From: Escherichia coli | GTDB taxonomy: Bacteria > Pseudomonadota > Gammaproteobacteria > Enterobacterales > Enterobacteriaceae | Assembly: GCF_030013205.1 (NCBI RefSeq) | Contig: NZ_CP122648.1 | DNA length: 64,000 nucleotides | Direction: 5' to 3' (one strand) | In this document: piece after piece, positions 1-11,889 of the stretch | Position numbering within the stretch: the stretch's first letter is position 1 | Layout of the letters: each line of letters starts with the position of its first letter | Made by a program: the position numbers and the translations under genes | Notes under the pieces: model-generated | Database searches by the model: none | Told to the model about the DNA's origin: nothing | What the model saw: the letters and a program-made list of their open reading frames with translations, nothing else

Positions 1-19
1 CCGGCCTACGATGCATTAA

Positions 20-3000
20 TTAGTCAAACGGCGGTGGGGCCAGCACTTCACGATTACCGTTGTGCCCCTGTTCGCTGACAATCCCCTGCGCTTCCATCTG
101 TTCGATAATACGCGCTGCACGGTTATAACCAATGCGGAACTGACGCTGTACGCCAGAAATTGATGCTTTGCGTTTTTCAGTGACAAACTGCACCGCCTGA
201 TCGAACAACGGATCCAGCTCTTCAGCGCCATCGAAACCGCCCGCGCCACCTTCGCTTTCGCTGTCGGAGGTGATGCCATCAACATACTGTGGGCGACCAC
301 GCGCTTTCCAGTCCTGCACCACGGCATGAACTTCCTGATCGCGAACAAAAGCACCATGGACACGTACCGGCAACGTGGAGTTCGGCCCAGAGTAGAGCAT
401 ATCCCCCATACCCAGCAGTGATTCCGCACCAGCCTGATCAAGAATGGTACGTGAGTCAATCTTACTGGATACGGTAAAGGCGATACGGGTCGGAATATTC
501 GCTTTAATCAGACCAGTAATAACATCAACCGATGGACGCTGAGTTGCCAGTACGAGGTGGATACCCGCGGCACGGGCTTTTTGCGCCAGACGTGCTATCA
601 GCTCTTCCACTTTTTTACCTACGGTCATCATCAGGTCGGCAAATTCGTCCACCAAAACCACAATGTATGGTTCTTTTTTCAGCACCGGATGCTGGACGTC
701 CATACTGTCACCCGGCTTCCAGTACGGGTCTGGAATCGGACGCATCATGCGATCGGCTTCAGCAATTTTTTCGTTATAACCCGCCAGATTACGCACACCT
801 AGGGCGGACATCAGCTTATAACGACGTTCCATTTCATTTACGCACCAGCGCAAAGCGTTGGCAGCATCTTTCATGTCGGTAACGACTTCCGTTAACAGAT
901 GCGGAATGCCTTCATAAACCGAAAGCTCCAGCATTTTCGGGTCGATCATGATGAAACGCACATCTTCTGGCTGTGCTTTATAAAGCATGCTCAGGATCAT
1001 CGCGTTCACACCGACAGACTTACCGGAACCGGTAGTCCCCGCAACCAACAAGTGCGGCATTTTCGCCAGATCGGCAACCACCGGCTCACCGGCGATATCT
1101 TTACCCAGTACCACGGTTAATGGCGACGGATTATCGCGGAATTTGGCGTTATCCAAAACTTCGCGCAGATATACGGTTTGTCGTTTTTTATTCGGTAACT
1201 CCAGACCTACATAGGGTTTGCCAGGAATAACTTCAACGACACGCACCGCCACCGTCGAAAGTGAACGGGCAAGGTCACGTGACAAGTTAGAAATACGCGC
1301 CGCTTTTACGCCCGGTGCCAGGTTCAATTCAAAGCGAGTGATAACCGGCCCCGGAGAATAATTGACGACATCGGCTTTAATACGGAAATCAGCCAGACGC
1401 GCTTCCACCAGACGCGCCATTTGTTCAAGCGCAAAGGTATCTACCGGCTCCACTTCGCTCGGCGGAGGTGTCAACAAATCCAAAGAAGGCAGCGGCGTCG
1501 TCGGTTTATGCAACGGACGGCTGTCGCCATTACGCATCAACAGCGGATGAAGCAGGGTATCCTGCGGCTGTGGCGCAACTGGCTGTTGTGGCTGCTGATA
1601 CTGCGGCTGCGGTGCAACCGGTTGTTGTGGCTGCTGATACTGCTGCTGCGGCGCAACCGGTTGTTGTGGCTGCTGATACTGCGGCTGCGGTGCAACCGGT
1701 TGTTGCGGCTGCTGATATTGTGGCTGCGGCGCAACCTGCTGTTGTGGCTGCTGATACTGCTGCTGCGGTGCAACCGGTTGTTGCGGCTGCTGTACAGGTT
1801 CAACAATTGGCGTAAACAACGGTTCGTGTGGACCATCATCCAGCAACGCTTTCATTGGCGAAAATTCAAAATCATCCAGCGAGAACGGATTCGCCCCAGC
1901 CGGTTGTTCGCCGGAATAACGTTGTTGTTGAGTTTGCGCAAACTGACGAGCCAGTTCAGCCTCTGCCGCAGCATCTGCATCTTCTGCGTTTACGGGCACA
2001 TCATGTTGATACTGTTCGCCATAGCGTTGCTGCTGTGTCTGGGCGAACTGACGTGCCAGTTCATCCTGCTGCATCGCATCGATTTCATCATCGTTGTACT
2101 GATCGCCAGAATCGTACTGATTGCGCTGGGCTTCACGGGCTTTTTCTTCTGCCGCACGCTGTGAGGGCAGCTTAATACCGTAAGACGCCAATTCACGACG
2201 AGTTGGCACGCGGATACGTTTCGGTCGTGGCAACTGCGGGCCAATCCCCTCTTTGACCTGCGGACGCGGTCCACCGCTATTTGCCAGACTGAAGACTGGC
2301 GCGGCAACGGTTGCGGCAGCCCCCGTCGCCAGTGTCGCTTTTTTCACGCCAGATGCCAGCGGAGAAACAGCGGCAGCGGCTTCTACTGGAGGTACTGCTG
2401 CAACAGAAGGTGCTTTCAGCGAAGATTTGATCGGTTCTGGTTCTTTAACCGGTTCAGGAATCGGTTGATACCAGGCCGCAAGTTGTTCACGTTCACGGGC
2501 ACGCTTCTCTTCCACTTCTTCAAAATAGTAAAGCGGCGGACGCGCGGGTTTTGTCTCTTCTACAACGGGCTCAGGCTCCACAACAGGGTGCTGTTCAACG
2601 GGTTGCGGCTGTTGGTACAACGGCTCCTGAGCGGCTGGCTGCTGATAAGTTTGCTCAGTCTGGTATGTAGACTGTGGAGCAAAAGTGGATTGCTGCTCTT
2701 CGGCTTGCCAGGCGTTACCTGCCGCCGTTTGTTCTGGCGCAGGGGCGTAATACGGCTGTTGCGCAGACTGTTCCGCCGCAGTTGCATAATACGGCTGCTG
2801 AACAGGTTGTTCCGCCGCAGGAGCGTAGTGAGGTTGTTGCACAGGTTGTTCCGCTGCTGGCGCATAATACGGCGGCTGTGGCTGTACAGGTTGTTGCAGC
2901 GGCTCATTATATTGCACTGCAGGCTGCGCATATTGTGGCTGCTGTGGGTAACCTTCCGGTGCCGGAGCAATCACCGGCTCTCCCGTTTGTGGACCCGGTA

Positions 3001-4087
3001 CAGGCTGCCAGGCTACTGTAGGTTGCGAAGGTGGAACATCAACAGAGGCAACAGGCGGCGTCTGAGTCACAGGTTCAACCGGCGCAGCCCAGCTTTGTGT
3101 CGCCGTGGTAGCAGCAGCTGCTACAGCAACAGGTTCGGTAATTGGCGCACCATTTAATAATGGATCGTATTCGTCATATTCTGGCTGCGTTGCACGATTG
3201 CCCGAAAAGAGGACGTCGTCAGGGTCGGCAGCCACACCGCGTGCAGTGTAGGTAATCTCTTCGTCATCATCCATCCGCTTACCGGAGAACAACGCAGCGT
3301 CTGTTTGCCGCCCCATCGGATTAATGAATTTTTCCGCCAACCGTTTACGACGCGCTAACGCGCCGCGAAGAATACGGGCACGGCGTGATTCATGCTGTTT
3401 GCCGTGATTTTCATCTTCATACTCTTCGTCATCTTCATACTCATCTTCATCGACCCAGGTATCATCGCGACGGGTACGATTACTGGCGAAGGTGAGAATG
3501 TTTAAAATCCAGCCGCCGAGTTTTTCAGCAATGGTCACCCATGACCAACCGGTGAACAGCGTCAGACCCGCAGCCCAAACGCAGAGCAGCGCAATAGTTC
3601 CCCCGCTACTGTGTAGCAGTGGTTGTAGCGTAGTGCTTAGTAAGCTGCCAATGACGCCACCGGAGGCAAAATACCAGATATCGTCAGCGTTGATTGCCGC
3701 CAGACCACAGGAGGTAAGGATGAGCGCCAAAACGCCAATGATGCGTAGCGAAACGGCAAAATAATCAATGTATTCGTCGCTGGACTGATGACGCCAGGCA
3801 AACCAACAACCGCCGACAATAATGACGGGAATGGTGTAAGCCATCACGCCAAAAATAAAGAACAGCGTATCTGCCAGCCACGCACCGGGCATCCCACCTA
3901 AATTATGGATAGGTTCATGCCAGGCCGTTTGCGACCAGCTGGGGTCCGAAGGGTTAAAGCTTAGTAAGGCAGCCATCAACCAGACGGCAAACAGGACAAT
4001 AAGGATCAGCAACGCCTCCAGAAGGCGGCGGCCGCTACTTAACTTTGTCAATGTGACTTCTTTGTCTTCAGTGTATTCCTGGCTCAA
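20..4087 (-). CDS. ftsK: DNA translocase FtsK (1355 aa)
   Basis: Full-length ORF. It has N-terminal membrane helices, a long PQ-rich linker, a C-terminal motor with Walker A GTTGSGKS, and a gamma domain. I recognise it as E. coli FtsK. Confidence 0.97.
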   Translation of the reverse strand: MSQEYTEDKEVTLTKLSSGRRLLEALLILIVLFAVWLMAALLSFNPSDPSWSQTAWHEPIHNLGGMPGAWLADTLFFIFGVMAYTIPVIIVGGCWFAWRHQSSDEYIDYFAVSLRIIGVLALILTSCGLAAINADDIWYFASGGVIGSLLSTTLQPLLHSSGGTIALLCVWAAGLTLFTGWSWVTIAEKLGGWILNILTFASNRTRRDDTWVDEDEYEDDEEYEDENHGKQHESRRARILRGALARRKRLAEKFINPMGRQTDAALFSGKRMDDDEEITYTARGVAADPDDVLFSGNRATQPEYDEYDPLLNGAPITEPVAVAAAATTATQSWAAPVEPVTQTPPVASVDVPPSQPTVAWQPVPGPQTGEPVIAPAPEGYPQQPQYAQPAVQYNEPLQQPVQPQPPYYAPAAEQPVQQPHYAPAAEQPVQQPYYATAAEQSAQQPYYAPAPEQTAAGNAWQAEEQQSTFAPQSTYQTEQTYQQPAAQEPLYQQPQPVEQHPVVEPEPVVEETKPARPPLYYFEEVEEKRAREREQLAAWYQPIPEPVKEPEPIKSSLKAPSVAAVPPVEAAAAVSPLASGVKKATLATGAAATVAAPVFSLANSGGPRPQVKEGIGPQLPRPKRIRVPTRRELASYGIKLPSQRAAEEKAREAQRNQYDSGDQYNDDEIDAMQQDELARQFAQTQQQRYGEQYQHDVPVNAEDADAAAEAELARQFAQTQQQRYSGEQPAGANPFSLDDFEFSPMKALLDDGPHEPLFTPIVEPVQQPQQPVAPQQQYQQPQQQVAPQPQYQQPQQPVAPQPQYQQPQQPVAPQQQYQQPQQPVAPQPQYQQPQQPVAPQPQDTLLHPLLMRNGDSRPLHKPTTPLPSLDLLTPPPSEVEPVDTFALEQMARLVEARLADFRIKADVVNYSPGPVITRFELNLAPGVKAARISNLSRDLARSLSTVAVRVVEVIPGKPYVGLELPNKKRQTVYLREVLDNAKFRDNPSPLTVVLGKDIAGEPVVADLAKMPHLLVAGTTGSGKSVGVNAMILSMLYKAQPEDVRFIMIDPKMLELSVYEGIPHLLTEVVTDMKDAANALRWCVNEMERRYKLMSALGVRNLAGYNEKIAEADRMMRPIPDPYWKPGDSMDVQHPVLKKEPYIVVLVDEFADLMMTVGKKVEELIARLAQKARAAGIHLVLATQRPSVDVITGLIKANIPTRIAFTVSSKIDSRTILDQAGAESLLGMGDMLYSGPNSTLPVRVHGAFVRDQEVHAVVQDWKARGRPQYVDGITSDSESEGGAGGFDGAEELDPLFDQAVQFVTEKRKASISGVQRQFRIGYNRAARIIEQMEAQGIVSEQGHNGNREVLAPPPFD
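1557..1800. repeat. Six tandem 39-bp units encoding [10 protein letters not shown](P/Q)QY in the FtsK linker
   Basis: The period is visible in the DNA (ctgctgatactgcggctgcggtgcaaccggttgttgtgg...) and in the protein. Confidence 0.9.
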
Positions 4088-4221
4088 GAAAGGCTCTCCA
4101 GGTTACAGGCTTTTCCTGCCCGATGCTAAAACGGACAACAGTACCAGGTTACCCCAGTACTGTTGCTGTATGGATTAACAGGAGTGTAATCAAAATACGC
4201 CGATTTTGCACCTGTTCCGTG

Positions 4222-4716
4222 TTAGCGCGTCTTAATAACCAGACGATTACTCTGCTTGACTTCTTCCATAACAACGTATGTCCGTGTGTCATTGACGCCA
4301 GGCAGACGCAGCAGGGTTTCCCCCAGCAACTTACGGTAAGCTGACATATCCGGCACGCGTGTTTTCAACAGGTAGTCGAAATCACCGGATACTAAATGAC
4401 ACTCCTGAATTTCTTCAAGTTTTTGTACAGCGGTATTGAATTGTTCAAACACATCCGGTGCGCCACGATTCAGAGTAATCTCAACGAATACCAGAAGTGA
4501 TGCATCCAGATAATGAGGGTTCAGCAGCGCCGTATAGCCCTGAATAAACCCTTGTCTTTCCAGCCGACGCACACGCTCAAGGCACGGCGTTGGGGAAAGT
4601 CCCACACGTTTAGAAAGCTCGACGTTAGAAATACGCCCATCCTTTTGCAACTCATTAAGAATGTTACGATCGATACGGTCGAGATCTTTGCCTGGGCGCT
4701 TCTTGCTATCTACCAT
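4222..4716 (-). CDS. lrp: Leucine-responsive regulatory protein Lrp (164 aa)
   Basis: The ORF-track product contains MVDSKKRPGKDLDRIDRNILNEL... I trimmed the start to the known Met, which is residue 19 of the track ORF. Confidence 0.96.
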   Translation of the reverse strand: MVDSKKRPGKDLDRIDRNILNELQKDGRISNVELSKRVGLSPTPCLERVRRLERQGFIQGYTALLNPHYLDASLLVFVEITLNRGAPDVFEQFNTAVQKLEEIQECHLVSGDFDYLLKTRVPDMSAYRKLLGETLLRLPGVNDTRTYVVMEEVKQSNRLVIKTR

Positions 4717-5142
4717 TATTATTGTCTCTCTGTATTCCTTCCCTACTCCTGTCTGACCCTGAAACATCACTGTTCAGAGTCGCTACCCGTCACGATAGAC
4801 CGAAATCATGAAGATTCACGGCGCGCAATGCCTGGGTCTACGGTGAGAAGACCGTTGCCTTGTGGCAGCTATCGACATCACGAATGGCGTCTGTCCACGC
4901 CATACGTAGATTTCACTAGCACGGTAAACATGGTATTTACATGCATGGTTATGCGCATATAAGAATACTGTTTTTTTCTTCCTCGAATGTTTTCGCAAAA
5001 CACCAGGGGATTGTCAAAGCAAAACATCGATTTTTAGTACAACATGCCAGATATTCATTACCAGGGGCGTTTATTCATCATTTAATCGGCTTATAAAGCG
5101 GGAAATTTAAGTAGCAGAGGTGATAATGACGGGAGAATTTGA

Positions 5143-6225
<1,083 letters not shown>

Positions 6226-6252
6226 TTTTACAAATCAGTAACAAAAGTAAAG

Positions 6253-6291
6253 AAGGCGACACCATGCGACTATGGGTCGCCTTTATTTTTT
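6253..6291 (+). terminator. Rho-independent terminator after trxB
   Basis: Stem aaggcgac/gtcgcctt followed by tatttttt. Confidence 0.7.
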
Positions 6292-6347
6292 CCTCGTTGT
6301 AACATTGCTCTGCAAATAATTCTGATAACTCACCTGCTAAGCGTGCA

Positions 6348-8114
6348 ATGAATAAATCCCGTCAAAAAGAGTTAACCCGCTGGTTAAAACAGCAAAGCGT
6401 CATCTCCCAACGTTGGCTGAATATTTCTCGTCTGCTGGGCTTTGTGAGCGGCATATTGATCATTGCCCAAGCCTGGTTCATGGCGCGAATTCTGCAACAT
6501 ATGATTATGGAGAATATTCCCCGTGAAGCCCTGCTGCTTCCCTTTACGTTACTGGTTCTGACCTTTGTACTGCGCGCATGGGTGGTCTGGTTACGCGAAC
6601 GGGTGGGTTATCACGCCGGGCAGCATATCCGCTTTGCCATCCGCCGTCAGGTTCTCGACCGTCTGCAACAAGCAGGGCCAGCGTGGATTCAGGGTAAACC
6701 GGCGGGGAGCTGGGCGACGCTGGTACTCGAGCAAATTGACGATATGCATGATTACTATGCACGCTACCTGCCGCAAATGGCGCTGGCAGTGTCGGTGCCG
6801 TTGCTGATTGTGGTGGCTATCTTCCCCTCTAACTGGGCTGCGGCGCTCATTCTGCTGGGCACTGCTCCGTTAATTCCGTTGTTTATGGCGCTGGTTGGAA
6901 TGGGGGCTGCCGATGCTAACCGACGTAACTTTCTCGCTCTTGCTCGCTTAAGTGGGCATTTTCTCGATCGCCTGCGCGGCATGGAAACATTGCGTATTTT
7001 TGGTCGTGGTGAAGCTGAAATTGAAAGTATTCGTTCTGCTTCGGAAGATTTCCGCCAACGGACAATGGAAGTGCTACGGCTGGCGTTTTTATCCTCCGGC
7101 ATTCTCGAATTTTTTACCTCGCTGTCAATTGCTCTGGTGGCGGTCTACTTTGGTTTTTCCTATCTCGGCGAGCTGGATTTTGGTCACTATGATACTGGCG
7201 TGACGCTGGCTGCGGGTTTTCTGGCCCTGATCCTTGCGCCGGAGTTTTTCCAGCCATTACGCGATCTCGGTACGTTTTATCATGCTAAAGCCCAGGCTGT
7301 TGGCGCAGCTGACAGTCTGAAAACGTTTATGGAAACCCCGCTCGCCCATCCGCAACGTGGTGAGGCGGAATTAGCATCAACCGATCCGGTGACCATTGAA
7401 GCCGAGGATCTGTTTATTACATCACCAGAAGGTAAAACGCTGGCTGGACCGCTGAACTTTACTTTGCCAGCAGGCCAACGTGCAGTGTTGGTTGGTCGCA
7501 GCGGTTCAGGTAAAAGCTCACTGCTGAACGCGCTTTCTGGTTTTCTCTCATATCAGGGATCGCTACGAATCAACGGGATAGAATTACGCGATTTATCACC
7601 GGAATCATGGCGTAAACATCTCTCCTGGGTTGGGCAAAACCCACAATTACCGGCAGCAACACTACGGGATAACGTACTACTGGCACGACCTGATGCCAGC
7701 GAACACGAGTTACAAACAGCGCTGGATAACGCCTGGGTCAGTGAGTTTCTACCGCTCCTGCCACAAGGCGTTGATACGCCTGTTGGCGACCAGGCTGCCC
7801 GCCTTTCCGTGGGGCAGGCACAGCGCGTGGCGGTGGCCCGAGCATTACTAAATCCCTGTTCGCTATTACTGTTGGATGAACCCGCTGCCAGCCTTGATGC
7901 TCACAGTGAACAGCGCGTAATGGAGGCGCTTAATGCCGCCTCTCTGCGCCAGACAACGTTAATGGTCACCCACCAGTTAGAAGATCTTGCTGACTGGGAT
8001 GTCATTTGGGTAATGCAGGATGGTCAGATTATTGAGCAAGGACGTTACGCGGAATTAAGTGTGGCTGGTGGCCCATTCGCCACATTACTGGCCCATCGTC
8101 AGGAGGAGATTTAA
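6348..8114 (+). CDS. cydD: Glutathione/cysteine ABC exporter subunit CydD (588 aa)
   Basis: ABC transmembrane domain plus an NBD (GRSGSGKSS, LSVGQAQR). The stop abuts the cydC start. Confidence 0.95.
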   Translation: MNKSRQKELTRWLKQQSVISQRWLNISRLLGFVSGILIIAQAWFMARILQHMIMENIPREALLLPFTLLVLTFVLRAWVVWLRERVGYHAGQHIRFAIRRQVLDRLQQAGPAWIQGKPAGSWATLVLEQIDDMHDYYARYLPQMALAVSVPLLIVVAIFPSNWAAALILLGTAPLIPLFMALVGMGAADANRRNFLALARLSGHFLDRLRGMETLRIFGRGEAEIESIRSASEDFRQRTMEVLRLAFLSSGILEFFTSLSIALVAVYFGFSYLGELDFGHYDTGVTLAAGFLALILAPEFFQPLRDLGTFYHAKAQAVGAADSLKTFMETPLAHPQRGEAELASTDPVTIEAEDLFITSPEGKTLAGPLNFTLPAGQRAVLVGRSGSGKSSLLNALSGFLSYQGSLRINGIELRDLSPESWRKHLSWVGQNPQLPAATLRDNVLLARPDASEHELQTALDNAWVSEFLPLLPQGVDTPVGDQAARLSVGQAQRVAVARALLNPCSLLLLDEPAASLDAHSEQRVMEALNAASLRQTTLMVTHQLEDLADWDVIWVMQDGQIIEQGRYAELSVAGGPFATLLAHRQEEI

Positions 8115-9836
8115 ATGCGCGCTTTGCTACCCTATCTGGCACTGTATAAACGTCATAAATGGATGTTAAGTCTTGGTATTGTGCTGGCAATTGTCACGCT
8201 GCTCGCCAGTATCGGTCTGTTGACACTTTCCGGCTGGTTCCTCTCGGCCTCAGCGGTAGCGGGGGTTGCCGGACTGTACAGCTTCAACTATATGCTACCC
8301 GCTGCGGGCGTGCGTGGTGCAGCAATCACCCGTACTGCCGGGCGCTATTTTGAACGTCTGGTAAGTCACGACGCGACTTTCCGCGTGTTGCAGCATCTGC
8401 GCATTTATACCTTCAGCAAATTGCTGCCCCTCTCCCCTGCAGGACTGGCGCGCTATCGTCAGGGCGAATTGCTCAACCGCGTGGTGGCGGATGTTGATAC
8501 GCTCGATCATCTTTACCTGCGCGTTATCTCGCCGCTGGTGGGCGCTTTTGTGGTGATTATGGTGGTGACAATCGGGTTAAGTTTCCTTGATTTCACCCTC
8601 GCCTTTACGCTGGGCGGCATTATGTTACTGACGCTTTTCCTGATGCCACCACTGTTTTATCGTGCGGGGAAAAGCACCGGGCAAAATCTGACTCATCTTC
8701 GCGGGCAGTATCGCCAACAACTGACGGCCTGGCTGCAAGGGCAAGCTGAGCTGACCATTTTTGGTGCCAGCGATCGTTATCGCACGCAGTTAGAGAATAC
8801 CGAAATTCAGTGGCTGGAAGCGCAACGTCGTCAATCTGAACTCACCGCATTATCGCAAGCGATAATGCTGCTCATTGGCGCGTTAGCGGTGATCCTGATG
8901 CTGTGGATGGCGTCTGGCGGCGTTGGCGGCAATGCTCAACCCGGCGCGTTAATTGCCCTGTTTGTCTTCTGCGCGTTAGCCGCGTTTGAAGCACTGGCAC
9001 CAGTAACGGGTGCATTTCAGCATCTGGGGCAAGTCATTGCCTCTGCCGTACGGATCACTGACTTAACGGTTCAAAAACCGGAAGTCACCTTCCCTGATAC
9101 CCAAACTCGTGTTGCCGATCGCGTTTCGCTGACGTTACGGGATGTTCAATTCACTTATCCGGAGCAATCCCAACAGGCACTTAAAGGGATTTCTCTTCAG
9201 GTAAACGCCGGGGAACATATAGCGATTCTCGGGCGAACCGGATGCGGCAAATCAACACTGTTACAACTGCTGACCCGCGCATGGGACCCGCAACAAGGCA
9301 AGATTTTGCTTAACGATAGCCCCATAGCCAGCCTGAATGAAGCGGCTCTACGACAGACCATCAGCGTTGTTCCTCAGCGAGTGCATCTGTTTAGCGCCAC
9401 GCTGCGTGATAATCTGTTACTCGCCTCACCTGGCAGTAGTGATGAGGCTCTGGCGGAGATCTTGCGTCGCGTTGGTCTGGAGAAGCTGCTCGAGGATGCA
9501 GGTCTCAACAGTTGGTTGGGTGAAGGCGGACGCCAGCTCTCCGGTGGTGAACTGCGCCGTCTGGCTATCGCCCGTGCGCTGTTACATGATGCGCCGCTGG
9601 TATTGCTGGATGAACCTACAGAAGGCTTAGATGCCACAACCGAAAGTCAGATCCTTGAATTGCTTGCAGAAATGATGCGTGAGAAAACGGTGTTAATGGT
9701 CACCCATCGACTTCGCGGACTCTCTCGTTTCCAACAAATAATAGTGATGGACAACGGGCAAATTATTGAGCAAGGTACTCACGCAGAACTGCTTGCCAGA
9801 CAGGGGCGTTATTACCAGTTCAAGCAGGGTTTGTAA
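8115..9836 (+). CDS. cydC: Glutathione/cysteine ABC exporter subunit CydC (573 aa)
   Basis: ABC transmembrane domain plus an NBD (GRTGCGKST, LSGGELRR). The ATG follows the cydD TAA directly. Confidence 0.95.
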   Translation: MRALLPYLALYKRHKWMLSLGIVLAIVTLLASIGLLTLSGWFLSASAVAGVAGLYSFNYMLPAAGVRGAAITRTAGRYFERLVSHDATFRVLQHLRIYTFSKLLPLSPAGLARYRQGELLNRVVADVDTLDHLYLRVISPLVGAFVVIMVVTIGLSFLDFTLAFTLGGIMLLTLFLMPPLFYRAGKSTGQNLTHLRGQYRQQLTAWLQGQAELTIFGASDRYRTQLENTEIQWLEAQRRQSELTALSQAIMLLIGALAVILMLWMASGGVGGNAQPGALIALFVFCALAAFEALAPVTGAFQHLGQVIASAVRITDLTVQKPEVTFPDTQTRVADRVSLTLRDVQFTYPEQSQQALKGISLQVNAGEHIAILGRTGCGKSTLLQLLTRAWDPQQGKILLNDSPIASLNEAALRQTISVVPQRVHLFSATLRDNLLLASPGSSDEALAEILRRVGLEKLLEDAGLNSWLGEGGRQLSGGELRRLAIARALLHDAPLVLLDEPTEGLDATTESQILELLAEMMREKTVLMVTHRLRGLSRFQQIIVMDNGQIIEQGTHAELLARQGRYYQFKQGL

Positions 9837-9877
9837 GCTATTATTGAACGATCCGACTAGCGTGGAGTTTTGCGGTC

Positions 9878-10582
9878 ATGCGCCTGGTTCAGCTTTCTCG
9901 CCATTCAATAGCCTTCCCTTCCCCGGAAGGCGCATTACGTGAGCCTAACGGCCTGCTGGCACTGGGGGGCGATCTTAGCCCTGCGCGCCTGTTAATGGCT
10001 TACCAGCGTGGTATTTTTCCGTGGTTTTCTCCAGGTGACCCCATCCTCTGGTGGTCGCCCGATCCTCGCGCGGTGCTTTGGCCTGAATCACTGCATATCA
10101 GCCGTAGTATGAAGCGATTTCATAAACGCTCGCCCTATCGTGTCACGATGAATTACGCTTTTGGTCAGGTCATTGAAGGCTGTGCCAGCGATCGCGAAGA
10201 AGGAACCTGGATCACGCGTGGCGTGGTCGAAGCCTACCATCGCCTTCACGAACTCGGTCATGCCCACTCTATTGAAGTCTGGCGTGAAGATGAGCTTGTC
10301 GGCGGTATGTACGGCGTGGCCCAGGGAACGCTATTTTGTGGCGAGTCCATGTTCAGCCGGATGGAAAATGCGTCTAAAACGGCGCTTCTGGTATTCTGTG
10401 AGGAATTTATTGGTCATGGCGGTAAACTTATCGACTGCCAGGTCCTTAACGATCACACAGCGTCGCTTGGTGCCTGCGAAATTCCCCGCCGGGATTACCT
10501 CAATTATCTCAATCAAATGCGCCTCGGACGATTGCCGAATAATTTCTGGGTACCACGGTGCTTGTTTTCACCACAAGAATGA
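9878..10582 (+). CDS. aat: Leucyl/phenylalanyl-tRNA--protein transferase (234 aa)
   Basis: I recognise the sequence ([35 protein letters not shown]...), and it sits in the conserved cydC-aat-infA context. Confidence 0.95.
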
Positions 10583-10863
10583 ATGTTTTCGGCACATTTC
10601 TCCCCAGAGTGTTATAATTGCGGTCGCAGAGTTGGTTACGCTCATTACCCCGCTGCCGATAAGGAATTTTTCGCGTCAGGTAACGCCCATCGTTTATCTC
10701 ACCGCTCCCTTATACGTTGCGCTTTTGGTGCGGCTTAGCCGTGTGTTTTCGGAGTAATGTGCCGAACCTGTTTGTTGCGATTTAGCGCGCAAATCTTTAC
10801 TTATTTACAGAACTTCGGCATTATCTTGCCGGTTCAAATTACGGTAGTGATACCCCAGAGGAT

Positions 10864-11085
<222 letters not shown>

Positions 11086-11125
11086 TTGTTTTACCGCCTG
11101 ATGGGCGAAGAGAAAGAACGAGTAA

Positions 11126-11154
11126 AAGGTCGGTTTAACCGGCCTTTTTATTTT
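11126..11154 (+). terminator. Rho-independent terminator after infA
   Basis: Hairpin aaggtcggtttaaccggcctt followed by tttatttt. Confidence 0.65.
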
Positions 11155-11338
11155 GTGATATGTATGAAGTACTTTGGAAGTATAAGTCCATAACTTGTCT
11201 CGATGTAGATATACTGCACAACTTGTTTACAGTATGAGCAAACAATAATTATCATTAAAATTCTTCTTGACCGTTTTACTCCAACTCCCTATAGTAGCGC
11301 CCCGTTGCCACCCATGAGGTTTGGTAGCAAAACAATTT

Positions 11339-11426
11339 GGTGAGGTGTCCGAGTGGCTGAAGGAGCACGCCTGGAAAGTGTGTATACGGCAACGTATCGG
11401 GGGTTCGAATCCCCCCCTCACCGCCA
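11339..11426 (+). tRNA. serW: tRNA-Ser (anticodon GGA), 88 nt
   Basis: GGTGAGGTGTCCGAGTGGCTGAAGGAGCACGCCTGGAAAGTGTGTATACGGCAACGTATCGGGGGTTCGAATCCCCCCCTCACCGCCA. It has a long variable arm, a GGA anticodon loop and a 3' CCA. Confidence 0.95.
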
Positions 11427-11587
11427 TATTCAAAGAAGAGCTCGTACGAAAGTAGGGGCTTTTTTTTCGCATATTGCACACACCGGGGGGATGAGAAGCC
11501 CCGACCGGGGTTCGACAACTGGCGCAGCCAGTTGGACAGACCACGAACACAGTGAGTGGGCTGCCCGCAGGGCGAGCGAAGCGAGTC

Positions 11588-11650
11588 AATCCCCCCCTCA
11601 CCGCCATATTTAAAGAAAAACTCGTACGAAAGTACGAGTTTTTTTTCGCA
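11588..11650 (+). repeat. Duplicate of the serW 3' end plus its downstream terminator (att-like scar)
   Basis: aatccccccctcaccgccatatttaaagaaaaactcgtacgaaagtacgagttttttttcgcat matches 11408-11472 with a few mismatches. The two copies are 180 bp apart. Confidence 0.85.
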
Positions 11651-11889
11651 TTTTATCTGCCTGTACGGCAGTGAACTCAAATACTACACGTTTAGTCCGT
11701 TATTAATAAAGCAAAACCATCTCATTTTCCTGCTACCACCCTTTTTTATCCTTACCTTCCCGCAGCACTAATTATCAACAACTTACCATCATCATCAAAA
11801 AAAGGGTCTGAACCTCCTCCACCCCATAAACAAAAAGTCCGTAACCTCTTTCGAGATTACGGACTTCACCAACCTACCTGACAATTAGA

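Noticed and set aside
1421-2164. Long antisense or off-frame ORFs inside ftsK (for example 247 aa at 1421-2164, 230 aa at 2465-3157, 136 aa at 2560-2970)
   Set aside because: They are by-products of the codon-biased PQ-repeat linker, which stays open in several frames. Their products are low-complexity Leu/Arg or Ala/Val strings, and they lie fully inside a well-recognised gene.
11227-11680. ORFs of 126, 134 and 86 aa overlapping serW and its duplicated 3' end
   Set aside because: They overlap a bona fide tRNA gene and terminator hairpins, have no SD and give implausible products. I regard them as spurious.
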